Shown here: piece by piece, positions 1-9,919 of the stretch | Numbering within the stretch: position 1 is the first letter of the stretch | Layout: each line of letters starts with the position of its first letter | NCBI GenBank assembly: GCA_019894855.1 | Contig: JAGXNS010000003.1 | Span: 10,024-74,023 of the forward strand | Source of the DNA: Promethearchaeota archaeon | GTDB lineage: Archaea; Asgardarchaeota; Lokiarchaeia; Sigyniarchaeales; SOKP01 | Length of the DNA stretch: 64,000 nucleotides | Direction of reading: 5' to 3' | Translations under genes and position numbers: made by a program | The notes under the pieces: generated by a model | What the model was told of the DNA's origin: nothing | The model's database searches: none | What the model saw: the letters and a program-made list of their open reading frames with translations, nothing else

Positions 1-1905
1 AACCGCTTTTTGTACAGATCTTGTATTCCCAACTTTATCACTGAGAGGAAATAAGGTTTGAACGCCTTTCATGCTTTTTCTTTCAGACTTTTCAGGGCGT
101 CCCATGCGAGTCCCCATAAAATAAGGAGCTTTATTTCTAATTTCGATGGGAGAAATGCTCGAAAAATAATCGAAGACATTGTCTTCATTTTTCATATTAA
201 CAAATTCCTTATGGTTTAAATTGAATATAGTTTCATATATTTCTATCGTTGCCTCATCAAGAATTAAGCAATTTTCATTAACAACATGAGGAACAAATGC
301 GCTTTCTAGAATTTCCTTAATGGTAGTTCTATTTTTTAAATTTATTTTCTTTGTCTTATCATCGTAGCCAGCAGTCAAAGCTTCTCTTAAAGTACTCAAA
401 TCACTTACGGAAATATTTCCCCAATAATCGGTGTACTTAGGATGCAAGGGCACAGCAAATTTTAATGCTAAATTGATCGCTTCTTTTGCCGAAGGAATAT
501 TATTAAAAGGATCATCGATAAATTTATGGAATTCCTTGTTTGATTCTAGTTCTGTTTTTAATGCTTCCTCTAGCTCTAAAGCCCACCATTCCTCAACATA
601 CCCCGATGGGACCAGTTTGTGGTTATTTTCAGAAAACTCCCCAAATCCAAAGAGAATATCTCCCAGAAAAAGAATTTCTTTTATATCTTGAAAGAGTTCT
701 TTTGCCTTTTTTGCGCTCGAAATCCTTACTACGCTCCCATTTTTGAGTTTTACTATAGGTGGTTCTATCGAGTTCACGGGGCAAATACTGGTGCTTTTTC
801 CAGGTCTTTCAATTCTCAACTGCGTTCCAATTGCTATAAAATCGTCCAAAACTCTCATAGTTGCAGGATGTAATCCTGCTGCTGCTAATCCAGTATTACG
901 AGATCTTCCATAACGCATTCTGTGTCCGCCAATTTTGGAAGGATGGCTAAAAACAGGTCTACCAGCGATAATATCAGAAACATATTTAGAGTTAGGAGTG
1001 ATTTCTTTAGTAGACTTGCTCACTAAACTATCCTTTTTGTTTACTTTCTCTTCTTTTTGTGCGATATCTTTAAGTTTTCCTAGCCAATTCCAACCTTCTA
1101 ATTTCATATTTTGAGCAATCTTAAGAAGTTTTGGAGCTTTTAGTAATATCCCATCGTTTAATACTAAACAAGCCCCACCTCGAATTTTATTCGTTTTGAT
1201 TCTAGGTAAATCCCTAAACGCTGATACTTCTTCATCTTCAGTAGAGTCTCCGTTTATCTCAACAGGTAGATGTTCTACGGCGTATCGAATTTCATCGTTA
1301 GATGAGGGATATTGCAAGTGAACTCTCCGATCGTATAATTTGACTTCTTCAACGAATCTTCCTATTTCACCCTCAGTCGCTTCATATTTTGGAATATTTG
1401 ATCGTTTCCTAACATAATCCGCAATCAGAACACATAAAGCGGCTGTTGTACCTCCAGCAGCCCTAATCGGACCTGCAAAATATAAAGATAAGTATTTATT
1501 GTTGTGTTGATCCTCCCGTATTAATATTTTTGATATACCCTCAAGAGGAGCGCTAACAACACCCATAGTTTTTACAGCAAGACCTACACGGATAGCTCTT
1601 TCCACCCTTTCCTCTAAAGAGGCAATTTTTACGATTTTTTGGTCGAGAATGTCAGAAACTACTTGAAACACAATCTCATCTTCCTTTTTTCCTTGACTTT
1701 TTAAAACTCTTATTATATCAGCGACGCCCTTTGGGCCTACTAATTTTTCTACTCTTCCTGCTAAATCTTTAGCTTGAGGAGATTCTACAAAAGTTTCAGG
1801 ATCAAGTCCTTTTTGGCGTGCCTTTTCTGCAATTTCGTAGCATTTATCAACATCTCTTTGCAACAGAGAAAAGTAGTTTTCCACCTTCTTACTCATTTCT
1901 ACCAT
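1..1905 (-). CDS. DNA polymerase II (PolD) large subunit DP2, N-terminal 635 codons; the gene runs off the left edge
   Basis: Absent from the ORF track because there is no stop in the window. My translation of the minus strand from ATG 1903-1905 gives MVEMSKKVENYFSLLQRDVDKCYEIAEKARQKGLDPE...SLYFAGPIRAAGGTTAALCVL...KIGGHRMRYGRSRNTGLAAAGLHPATM, typical of the archaeal DP2 N-terminal region. Confidence 0.85.
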   Translation of the reverse strand, partial: MVEMSKKVENYFSLLQRDVDKCYEIAEKARQKGLDPETFVESPQAKDLAGRVEKLVGPKGVADIIRVLKSQGKKEDEIVFQVVSDILDQKIVKIASLEERVERAIRVGLAVKTMGVVSAPLEGISKILIREDQHNNKYLSLYFAGPIRAAGGTTAALCVLIADYVRKRSNIPKYEATEGEIGRFVEEVKLYDRRVHLQYPSSNDEIRYAVEHLPVEINGDSTEDEEVSAFRDLPRIKTNKIRGGACLVLNDGILLKAPKLLKIAQNMKLEGWNWLGKLKDIAQKEEKVNKKDSLVSKSTKEITPNSKYVSDIIAGRPVFSHPSKIGGHRMRYGRSRNTGLAAAGLHPATMRVLDDFIAIGTQLRIERPGKSTSICPVNSIEPPIVKLKNGSVVRISSAKKAKELFQDIKEILFLGDILFGFGEFSENNHKLVPSGYVEEWWALELEEALKTELESNKEFHKFIDDPFNNIPSAKEAINLALKFAVPLHPKYTDYWGNISVSDLSTLREALTAGYDDKTKKINLKNRTTIKEILESAFVPHVVNENCLILDEATIEIYETIFNLNHKEFVNMKNEDNVFDYFSSISPIEIRNKAPYFMGTRMGRPEKSERKSMKGVQTLFPLSDKVGNTRSVQKAV

Positions 1906-2173
1906 AATAGTGTCCGCACAAAGATAAGATAATTAATCCTATCGTTGAAAATTAAGTTACACAATGTTAAATTTCAAGGTTCAAAATAAAATATTTTATT
2001 AATAGGTTAGTTGAATCGAACTATTTGAATTTGAGGAGATTTAAAGTTTTTGATAAAAGTATGATAATTAGTATGCCCTCCTAATAATTATAAACATTGT
2101 TTATTCTTTAATAATAAATAATTTATCTTTATCTTTTAATAAATATAATAATTCTATCAAGGGAGAATCAGAC

Positions 2174-3952
2174 TTGGAAACCAGAATCACAGAGCAGAAG
2201 AAGGTTATTCTAAATAAACTAATAAATTCAGGGATAAATATTTCTCCTACAATGTTAGATAACATTCTGAACATAAATAATCCGTTGAAAAACTTAAATC
2301 TCCTTATTAAGGAAATAAGTTTTATTCCCTCATTTAAGAGTCACTTAACGGAAACTGTAATAAAAGATATTTCAGACGAAAAACTTCAAAGAGTGCTGAA
2401 ACGCAACATATCTAAAACCAATTCTCTGCTATTACAAGAAGAAACCAAAAACCCCCCCGAATATTCCAATCTTCAACAAGAAGCAGTTACGAGCTCCTTA
2501 ATGGATAAAAAACTCCCATCAGAATTTTCGCCGGTTATTGAAAAATCTAAAACAGAATACAAAAGCCAAGAAACTTCTAATAGAGATCCCTTGCCTAAGC
2601 AAATAACCAAAATGCAAAACACAAAAAAAACTCCAAGATTTGAATCGACCAAATCTATTTTTACATTTAAACCTATTGCTAAAGAATACAAATCTAATTA
2701 CGAAATTATTCAAGATCCTACAAATAATTTATTTACTAATGGAAAATATGAAGATTTTTACGAATTAACGCTTGATAAGTATAATAAGCTTAAAAATCTC
2801 ATCAGAAAACGACCAGAAGTAAGTTCGGCTACCAACATCAATAACATATTTAGGATATCTAGTAGTATTGAAATATCAACACTTGGTTTAGTAGATAAAA
2901 TTCGTCAAACAAAAAAAGGGAATTATCTTTTTACTTTGGAGGATTTAACAGGCAAGATTAGCGTATTGATTCAAAATAATTCGGAGAACTTAGATTCCGT
3001 CAAAATTATAGAAAGAACTCTAAATGATCAGATGGTGTTCGTTAAAGGTTTGTATAATCCTGGTGAACATGGGAGAAAAGGAATAATTTTTGCCTCATAT
3101 ATTTCAAAAATAGATATTCCAACAAATTTTCAGCCTAATTTATCACCCGATCCTCTCTCAATCGCTTTAATTTCCGATATTCACATTGGAAGCAAAGAGT
3201 TTGAAGAAGGCTTATTTACTAAATTTATTGATTTTTTAAACGGTAAAAGTAAAAATAAACTCCTAAGAGAAAAGGCGGGAAGAATAAAGTACTTAGTCAT
3301 TAATGGCGATCTAATTGATGGAATAGGTATATACCCCAACCAACAAGAAGATCTCGTTATCGCAGATATCTACGAACAATTCAAAAAAGCTTCTGATATT
3401 CTTTTAGAAATTCCGGATTATATTAAAATATTTTTTGTATCTGGAAATCACGAACCAGTAAGAAACGCAATACCTCGACCCGCTGTACCAAAGAAATACT
3501 GCGAAGATTTAGTTAGCATGGGAATCAAATGTCTGGGTAACCCTTCTTTAATTAAAACTCATAATGTCAACACACTTATATATCATGGGGAGAGTATGCA
3601 TGATATTAATAGATTAATTCACGATTTAGACATTAATAAACCGATCGAGACCATGAAAGAATTTTTAATAGGTAGACATCTTGCTCCAATGTTTGGGGGA
3701 AAAACGCAAATTGCTCCTGTAAACACAGATCATCTAATAATAGAAAAGATTCCCGATATCTTTCATACAGGACACATACATATAAACGGAATAGGAAAAT
3801 ACAGGAATGTAACTCTCGTAAATTCAGGATGTTTTCAAGCTCAAACTGACTTTATGAAAAGCTTTGGGATAATACCTACTCCCGGTATAGTACCAGTAAT
3901 TGAATTGGATTCTTTAGATTTTTTATCACTCGATTTTAAAAAAATTAATTAA
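2174..3952 (+). CDS. DNA polymerase II (PolD) small subunit DP1 (calcineurin-like phosphoesterase/exonuclease)
   Basis: Phosphoesterase motifs ISDIHIGS, INGDLIDG, VSGNHEP and HTGHIH. Divergent from DP2. TTG start. Confidence 0.85.
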   Translation: METRITEQKKVILNKLINSGINISPTMLDNILNINNPLKNLNLLIKEISFIPSFKSHLTETVIKDISDEKLQRVLKRNISKTNSLLLQEETKNPPEYSNLQQEAVTSSLMDKKLPSEFSPVIEKSKTEYKSQETSNRDPLPKQITKMQNTKKTPRFESTKSIFTFKPIAKEYKSNYEIIQDPTNNLFTNGKYEDFYELTLDKYNKLKNLIRKRPEVSSATNINNIFRISSSIEISTLGLVDKIRQTKKGNYLFTLEDLTGKISVLIQNNSENLDSVKIIERTLNDQMVFVKGLYNPGEHGRKGIIFASYISKIDIPTNFQPNLSPDPLSIALISDIHIGSKEFEEGLFTKFIDFLNGKSKNKLLREKAGRIKYLVINGDLIDGIGIYPNQQEDLVIADIYEQFKKASDILLEIPDYIKIFFVSGNHEPVRNAIPRPAVPKKYCEDLVSMGIKCLGNPSLIKTHNVNTLIYHGESMHDINRLIHDLDINKPIETMKEFLIGRHLAPMFGGKTQIAPVNTDHLIIEKIPDIFHTGHIHINGIGKYRNVTLVNSGCFQAQTDFMKSFGIIPTPGIVPVIELDSLDFLSLDFKKIN

Positions 3953-3986
3953 ATTCTTCTACTTTTAATTGTATTAGGTGCTTTAA

Positions 3987-4661
3987 GTGAATTTTGCGAT
4001 CCCACGTGGCAATACCTCGGAGATGGTTTTACATATTTGGAAAATTATAGTGCTTCCAAGTATGCAACAAGATGATTTTTTGCACCTTATTTCTTTTGAA
4101 CTGTTCCTATTCTCGCCTAAAGAGGCAAATGAATTCATAAATGTAGCCATTCACGAAGGTTATCTAATACTAGAAGGAGATGAGCGAATTAAATTATCAG
4201 AATCTTTAGCTCTTGAGTTAAACAAATGGCATGAAAAGAGAAAAAGGGACATTTTAGAAAAGATAAAAGATGTCAACGATTTCAGGGATGATTCTAAAAA
4301 TAATGATACAAATAAGTTCAAAATTCTATTAAAAGCTCTACTTGATAAAGGAACTATAAATAGAGCAGTAGCAGAATCAGATAGCGCATACAAATTTAGA
4401 ATTATCGATTCTGAACAAAAAATAATTAAAGCTGAAGTTCAAGGTTCTCAAGAGATTCCGTATAACATTGAGATAAACATAAATGAAAAAGAGATAAAAC
4501 ATAATTGCCACGATTTTCGAAATAAAAGAGCAGAAAATAAAAAATTCTGTAAACACTTAGCGAAATTATTTCTCCTCTTAAAAATAAAAAACGCGGATTT
4601 AGCATCGTACTTTCTTGAGAGTATTACCAAAGATATTAATAATTGGAATTTCCTATCTTAA
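3987..4661 (+). CDS. Hypothetical protein, DUF2240-like N-terminal region with a C-terminal SWIM-like zinc-finger remnant
   Basis: The segment FLHLISFELFLFSPKEANEFINVAIHEGYL resembles DUF2240. The C-terminus NCHDF...FCKHLAKLF resembles SWIM CxC...CxH with one Cys missing. The true start may be ATG 4062 (see the hairpin feature). Confidence 0.35.
   Translation: MNFAIPRGNTSEMVLHIWKIIVLPSMQQDDFLHLISFELFLFSPKEANEFINVAIHEGYLILEGDERIKLSESLALELNKWHEKRKRDILEKIKDVNDFRDDSKNNDTNKFKILLKALLDKGTINRAVAESDSAYKFRIIDSEQKIIKAEVQGSQEIPYNIEININEKEIKHNCHDFRNKRAENKKFCKHLAKLFLLLKIKNADLASYFLESITKDINNWNFLS
4032..4064 (+). repeat. 11-bp inverted repeat (hairpin) with an 11-nt loop; its 3' arm contains ATG 4062
   Basis: CATATTTGGAA / AATTATAGTGC / TTCCAAGTATG. 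All 11 positions pair, one as G-U. Confidence 0.6.
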
Positions 4662-5977
4662 ATTAATTTTTTAAACACTACATTCTTTATCTTAACTTTA
4701 TTGGTTTGGAGTATTATCGGTTTATAATTTAATAATCGATACTCTTTTACTTTTTTAATCTGAGACAAAACTCGTTCTATTAATTTAAACTCGATGTCAA
4801 GTTTTACAATTTTCGTTCGACCATAATGACCCATCGATTTTGTTATAGCAGTTATTAATCCTGACAACGCTAATTCATTGATGTAATCACTAATCCTTCT
4901 GTGTGTCAATTGTTTCACATTTGGAATGATTTGTGCCAATTCTGAATGAGCTTCATAAATATCTCCTGAAGTAATTATGTGTTCTTTAGTATATTTTGAC
5001 AATAAAAAGATGGCCGTCAACGTTAGTTTTGCTTGAAGAGGCATCGAAAAGATATATTCAACAATGTGATCTTTATCTATATCTTTTTGAGCTTTTTCTA
5101 CATGATTTTCCATTATTTTTTTAGTTTGGTTTCGTTCTGCAATTTCTCCAGCCTTTCTTAACAACTGAAGAGCTTTTCTCGCATCACCATGTTCTTTTGC
5201 TGCTAGACCTGCACAAAGCTTTATAACTCCATCGTCAATAACGCCTTCTTTAAAAGCTATTTCTGCTCTTAGTTTAAGAATGTCGTAGAGTTGGTTAGCA
5301 TTATAAGGTTTAAAGACAATTGGTTCTTCTTCCTCTAGATTAGATGTAACTCTCGCATCGAGGGATTCTGTGAATTTTAGTTTATTAGATATACCGATAA
5401 CACTCGTTCTACAGTGATCTAAGCTCTCATTTAACCTCGTTAAGTTATATAAGATTTCATTTCCTCCTTTTTTTTCAATCAGAATATCTATTTCATCTAA
5501 TACAAGAAAACAAATGCCATCTTTGATATATTGGTCTAATAAACCTAATAATTTCTTGAGAATTACGTCTTTAGGTAAACCCGTTGATGGAATTTTTTCT
5601 TTACCAACTATCGTATTGTAGATATGAGCTAAGATTCTGTAAGGTGTAGATACTACTGTACAATTAATATATACCCACCAGGGAGGATTGGTGGAATGTT
5701 GGGCAAGTTTTTGTGAAATATACCTTACAGTAGCCGTTTTACCCGTACCAGTCATCCCATAACACAAGAAATTAGGAGGAACATCACCTTTTAAGGCACA
5801 TGCAGTTATACCAGCTATCTTCTCGATCTCTGAATTCCTGTGAGGTAAAACATCAGGAATAAACGACGGTTCGAGAGCTTCTCGGTTTTTAAAAAGTTTC
5901 GGTCCTTTTAAGTAGTTCTGGTAAAATTTATCGATATTGAATGAATACATTCCTTTTTCGTTATGATTAGTCAACAC
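4658..5977 (-). CDS. cdc6: Orc1/Cdc6 replication initiator (AAA+ plus winged helix)
   Basis: Walker A GMTGTGKT, Walker B LVLDEID, GDARKALQLL sensor region, C-terminal winged-helix-like tail. Confidence 0.9.
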   Translation of the reverse strand: MLTNHNEKGMYSFNIDKFYQNYLKGPKLFKNREALEPSFIPDVLPHRNSEIEKIAGITACALKGDVPPNFLCYGMTGTGKTATVRYISQKLAQHSTNPPWWVYINCTVVSTPYRILAHIYNTIVGKEKIPSTGLPKDVILKKLLGLLDQYIKDGICFLVLDEIDILIEKKGGNEILYNLTRLNESLDHCRTSVIGISNKLKFTESLDARVTSNLEEEEPIVFKPYNANQLYDILKLRAEIAFKEGVIDDGVIKLCAGLAAKEHGDARKALQLLRKAGEIAERNQTKKIMENHVEKAQKDIDKDHIVEYIFSMPLQAKLTLTAIFLLSKYTKEHIITSGDIYEAHSELAQIIPNVKQLTHRRISDYINELALSGLITAITKSMGHYGRTKIVKLDIEFKLIERVLSQIKKVKEYRLLNYKPIILQTNKVKIKNVVFKKLI

Positions 5978-6286
5978 ATATTTGCACCATGTAAATATTT
6001 TCCACTTGAAGTTATACCAATATTTAATATTTCGATTCCACGCTATTTAAATTTATTTATTAAACGAAAAAGTATGAATAAAATGTTAAAGCTTTAATAT
6101 GCTAGTTTCATAACCTTTAATTTGCAGCGATTAAATCGATAGTTTATAATATTATTGTCGGAACTTTAAAAGATAATTATTTAGGAAGCAATATTATTAA
6201 GGGTTTAGTATAATTAGTTATATTTGCCAAAATTTAATTTTAATTAAAAATTATTGCAAACATTCATTTAAATTACTGTAAAATTT
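5978..6286. other. Candidate replication origin (AT-rich intergenic region next to orc1/cdc6)
   Basis: A 309-bp AT-rich spacer directly upstream of cdc6. It holds two direct copies of AATATTT..TTCCAC (about 5994-6008 and 6038-6053) that resemble ORB/mini-ORB TTCCAC cores. No clear inverted partner was found. Confidence 0.3.
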
Positions 6287-7057
6287 ATGTCTAAAAATAA
6301 TAAGGGAGATATCAAGAGAAGAAATGTAAGACTCGCTATACTATTGACTTTTACGTTTATCAGTTTGCTTTTTTTTAACTTTCTGATTATCTCTATCATC
6401 TTTACACCGGCTGATTGGTTAGCGACATTAATTTTTAGTGTACTTTTTATTGTCCCAGCATATTTTTCGAACGCTGGAATGGTTATTGTCGGAGGTGGTA
6501 AACCATTAGATAAAGGTAAACTTTGGCGCGACGGCCGTAGAATTTTAGGAGATCACAAAACAGTATCTGGACTTGTCAAGGGACCTTTATACATCGGGAT
6601 ACCCTTAAGTATTGCATTATTCTTGCTGTTTTTTATTTTATGGCCCGCCATACAACAGATTCCAATTGAGGGTGCTTCTCTTGGAGTTTATAATTTATAT
6701 CCTGAATTGTTTTATTATCAGTATTATTTTATTGGAGGTTCATTTCCAATAGGAATAGTTATTATACTTTTAAGGATTGTCTTTTGTTCCTATGGTGCAG
6801 CTATTGGAGATTTAGCTGGATCTTTTCTGAAAAGAAGAGTTAATATTAAAAGTGGAGCGCCTTTTTGGATCGTAGATCAATTAGATTTTGCGGTAGGAGC
6901 TCTGATTTTTGCTTTAATTCCGGCTATATTTTTTCCAGGATTGTACTTGATCCCAGATCTAAACATCGTAATATTTCTTCTCATTTTAACACCCTCCGTA
7001 AGCCTTATATCTAATACAATAGCGTATCTAATTAATTTAAAAGACGTGCCCTGGTAA
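6287..7057 (+). CDS. carS: CDP-archaeol synthase (CarS, DUF46 family), longer than usual
   Basis: PAYFSNAGMVIVGGGKPLDKG...DGRRILGDHKTVSG and GDLAGSFLKRR...FWIVDQLDF match CarS signature regions. Multi-pass membrane protein. Confidence 0.75.
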   Translation: MSKNNKGDIKRRNVRLAILLTFTFISLLFFNFLIISIIFTPADWLATLIFSVLFIVPAYFSNAGMVIVGGGKPLDKGKLWRDGRRILGDHKTVSGLVKGPLYIGIPLSIALFLLFFILWPAIQQIPIEGASLGVYNLYPELFYYQYYFIGGSFPIGIVIILLRIVFCSYGAAIGDLAGSFLKRRVNIKSGAPFWIVDQLDFAVGALIFALIPAIFFPGLYLIPDLNIVIFLLILTPSVSLISNTIAYLINLKDVPW

Positions 7058-7066
7058 TAAAAATGC

Positions 7067-7582
7067 TTAAATTTTAACTACATCACACTTAATTCTGACT
7101 TTAAACCCATCGCTACTAACAAAAATAACATACCGTTCGAAAATTTCGTTAACTGCTTTTATGTAATTACCATTACATCCTATGGCTATTCCTCGTTCCT
7201 CGTACGAAAGAAAACCTACAATTACATTCATTTTTCCGGTAAAAATATTTCTTTCGATTCTAACTGTATGAATATAAGGATCTGGAAAAAACCCATAAAC
7301 TAAGTTAACTAGTACCTCCTCTTCCCGTACAATCACGATTTTCCTATGCTGAAATTTCTTCCTCAGATAGGGCAATTTAGACTTTGCATTAAAATAATTT
7401 TCGTTTTTTAGGAAAAAAAATACAAAATCCTTTATTATAATCACATTTTGGGGGGGACTTTTGGTAGTTTCATAAAAAAAATGAAAAAGTAAAAGTTCTT
7501 CATTAGAAAAAATCTTTTTTACAATCAACTTTTGATAAAAAAACAAATTATTGATGAATGAGTTAGAAACTGTGCTCAACAT
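7067..7582 (-). CDS. Hypothetical protein with a NusA-like KH-type segment
   Basis: FFPDPYIHTVRIE...MNVIVGFLSYEERGIAIGCNGNYIKAVNEIF resembles a NusA KH domain (GxxG-like IGCNG). Confidence 0.3.
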   Translation of the reverse strand: MLSTVSNSFINNLFFYQKLIVKKIFSNEELLLFHFFYETTKSPPQNVIIIKDFVFFFLKNENYFNAKSKLPYLRKKFQHRKIVIVREEEVLVNLVYGFFPDPYIHTVRIERNIFTGKMNVIVGFLSYEERGIAIGCNGNYIKAVNEIFERYVIFVSSDGFKVRIKCDVVKI

Positions 7583-7703
7583 ATAATTACATTTTCAAAC
7601 CTATTATTTTAAACTCCTAGAAAAATTAAATCAAACAACAAAAGGTTTAATTTTAAACGAGATTAATTATAGTAAATCTATACTGAAAATAATTAAGTTT
7701 CAC

Positions 7704-8141
7704 ATGAAAAAAGCAGGATTTGAGTTTAGAGATCATACTGCCGATGTTCAGGTAAGAAGTTGGGGATCATCATTAGAAGAAGCCTTTTCGCAAACCGCTT
7801 ATAGTTTAATGGCGACAATAACGCCAAACTTAAAAAAAATAACTCCTAAAGTCGAAAGAGAACTAACTATCGAGGCTGAGGATAAAGAAGCCCTACTATT
7901 TGATTTTCTTTCTGAATTTTTATATATTTTTGATGTTGATGAGCTTATTTTTAATCAAATCTATGTGCGTTCAATTGAAAAGTTCAATGATAAATATAAG
8001 CTGCGTGCTACTCTAATAGGTGAAAAATTCGACTTAAATAAGCACGAAATAGGAATTGAAGTTAAAGCTATAACATATTCTTTCTTAAATATAGAAGAAA
8101 AACACGAAAGCACTATAATAGATATAGTATTCGATATTTAA
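7704..8141 (+). CDS. Archease (RtcB activator)
   Basis: The N-terminus FEFRDHTADVQVRSWGSSLEEAF and C-terminal VKAITYS are typical of archease. RtcB is the neighbouring gene. Confidence 0.9.
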   Translation: MKKAGFEFRDHTADVQVRSWGSSLEEAFSQTAYSLMATITPNLKKITPKVERELTIEAEDKEALLFDFLSEFLYIFDVDELIFNQIYVRSIEKFNDKYKLRATLIGEKFDLNKHEIGIEVKAITYSFLNIEEKHESTIIDIVFDI

Positions 8142-8293
8142 CTTCGAAATAATTTTTGGATAATAATATCATTCAAAATTTTATTGTATTCATATCGATA
8201 TACTATTCTTGTCTCTGGGTTTATCATGAAATAATAAAAACAATATTTCTTTGTTTGGAAAATTCAAATTAAATAATAAGAAGAAGTAAATAT

Positions 8294-9766
8294 TTATCCT
8301 TTTACAACGCCAATTGGAACTAACCTCACAATTTTTTCTACAATACCTAGATCTTGGCTCACTTGGACTACCTGATCTATGTCTTTATATGCTCCAGGAG
8401 CTTCTTCCGCAATTATTTTAGGAGATGCAGCTCTTACGGTAATTCCTTTATTCCTTAGATCTTCCTTTATTTTAGCGCCCCAATATTGTTTTGTTGCCTT
8501 AGATCTTGACATCAAACGCCCAGATCCATGAGCTGTCGAACCAAAAGAGAGATCCATTGCTTTTGGTCTCCCAACACATAAATACGAAGCGGTTCCCATA
8601 GTTCCCGGAATTAAAACTGGTTGACCTATACTTTTATAATCACGGGGTATATCTGGATGCTCTGGTGGGAAGGCTCTAGTTGCGCCTTTTCTGTGGACGT
8701 TTAATTTCATTTTTTTCCCGTCAACATCATGTTCTTCTATCTTTAAGATATTATGACAAACACCATAAATTAATTTAAAATCCAGATCGTCCAAACTCCT
8801 TTTAAAATGTTTTTGGAAAGATTCTCTTAGCCAATGCGTTATTAACTGGCGATTAGTAAACCCAAAATTTGCAGCACAAGCCATACTTTTCAAGTATTGT
8901 ATTGCCTCCGGAGTATCGGCTGGTACACAAGCTAACTCGCGATCTGGTACTTTTATTTTGTATTTTCTCATTGCTTGCTCGACATTTCTAAGTGAATCCG
9001 TGCACACTTGATGACCAAGAGCCCGAGAACCAGTATGAACCATGATAGCTATTTGATCTTTATCAATGATTCCCAATTTCTTTGCCACTGACTCATTATA
9101 AATCTCATCAACCTTTTGTATTTCGAGAAAATGGTTACCGCTCCCTAAAGAGCCGAGTTGTTTTATTCCTCTTTGCTTTGCTTTTTGAGATACTAATATT
9201 GAATCAGCGTTTTTCAAAAAACCGTTTTCTTCGCAATGCTCTAAATCCTCTTTTATAGCATAATCATTATCTAATGCCCAATTTAAGCCGTTATCTAAAA
9301 CATCATCTAATTGCGAGGAATTGATGCTTAATTTTCCTTTACTTCCTAATCCGGATGGTATATTCTTAAAAATAGAGTCTAGTAAGTTAGGAATTGAACT
9401 TTCAATATCTTTAAGGTGAAGATTTGTTCTTAGAATTCTCACACCACAGTTTATATCGTATCCTACACCACCTGGGGAAACCATTCCAGAATAAGCGTCT
9501 GTTCCTGCTACACCCCCAATACAAAAACCATAACCTTGGTGTGCATCAGAGAGAACAATAGCGTGTTTTTGTATGCCGGGGAGACAAGCTACATTACTAA
9601 TTTGATCCAAAGTTCTATCGTTTTTAATTTTTTCTAAAATGTAATCGTTAGCATAAATATGGACTGGTACTTTCATTTGAAATTTTTCGATCTTTCCTTC
9701 TACTCGAGCCATTAAAGTTTTTTGAGGGATTTCGTAGATGTTTTCATCTATTTTATTCACATTCAT
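8294..9766 (-). CDS. rtcB: RNA-splicing ligase RtcB
   Basis: GVGYDINCGVR, GSGNHFLE, HTGSRALGH, HRKGATRA and STAHGSGR motifs. No intein-like insertion. Confidence 0.95.
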   Translation of the reverse strand: MNVNKIDENIYEIPQKTLMARVEGKIEKFQMKVPVHIYANDYILEKIKNDRTLDQISNVACLPGIQKHAIVLSDAHQGYGFCIGGVAGTDAYSGMVSPGGVGYDINCGVRILRTNLHLKDIESSIPNLLDSIFKNIPSGLGSKGKLSINSSQLDDVLDNGLNWALDNDYAIKEDLEHCEENGFLKNADSILVSQKAKQRGIKQLGSLGSGNHFLEIQKVDEIYNESVAKKLGIIDKDQIAIMVHTGSRALGHQVCTDSLRNVEQAMRKYKIKVPDRELACVPADTPEAIQYLKSMACAANFGFTNRQLITHWLRESFQKHFKRSLDDLDFKLIYGVCHNILKIEEHDVDGKKMKLNVHRKGATRAFPPEHPDIPRDYKSIGQPVLIPGTMGTASYLCVGRPKAMDLSFGSTAHGSGRLMSRSKATKQYWGAKIKEDLRNKGITVRAASPKIIAEEAPGAYKDIDQVVQVSQDLGIVEKIVRLVPIGVVKG

Positions 9767-9919
9767 ACTAATTAGACTAGTGATATTTTTTTCATAAATT
9801 TTATGTTTACCAATTTTAATAGGACAAGCTTATTTAATTTAATAAAAATAGAAAAATAAGCCAACTCAGATTCAAGAAATTAGAAAATGTAGGTTATAGG
9901 TTATATGAAAAAATTTATG

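Noticed and set aside
431-873. Three small plus-strand ORFs (431..691, 540..746, 619..873)
   Set aside because: They lie antisense inside the clearly conserved DP2 coding sequence. They have low-complexity, unconvincing translations and are shadow ORFs.
4032-4064. The 33-nt hairpin as a third BHB intron
   Set aside because: The flanks (GGUU/UUA and CAAC/AAG) do not form a 4-bp helix with 3-nt bulges. BHB geometry around the full stem would remove 40 nt and break the frame, and the alternative upstream frame has no start codon. I kept it as an unexplained hairpin.
1-9766. Inteins in DP2, Orc1/Cdc6 or RtcB (common intein hosts)
   Set aside because: Conserved motifs are contiguous with normal spacing, and no Cys/Ser...HN-Cys/Ser/Thr insertion blocks are seen in the parts present in this window.
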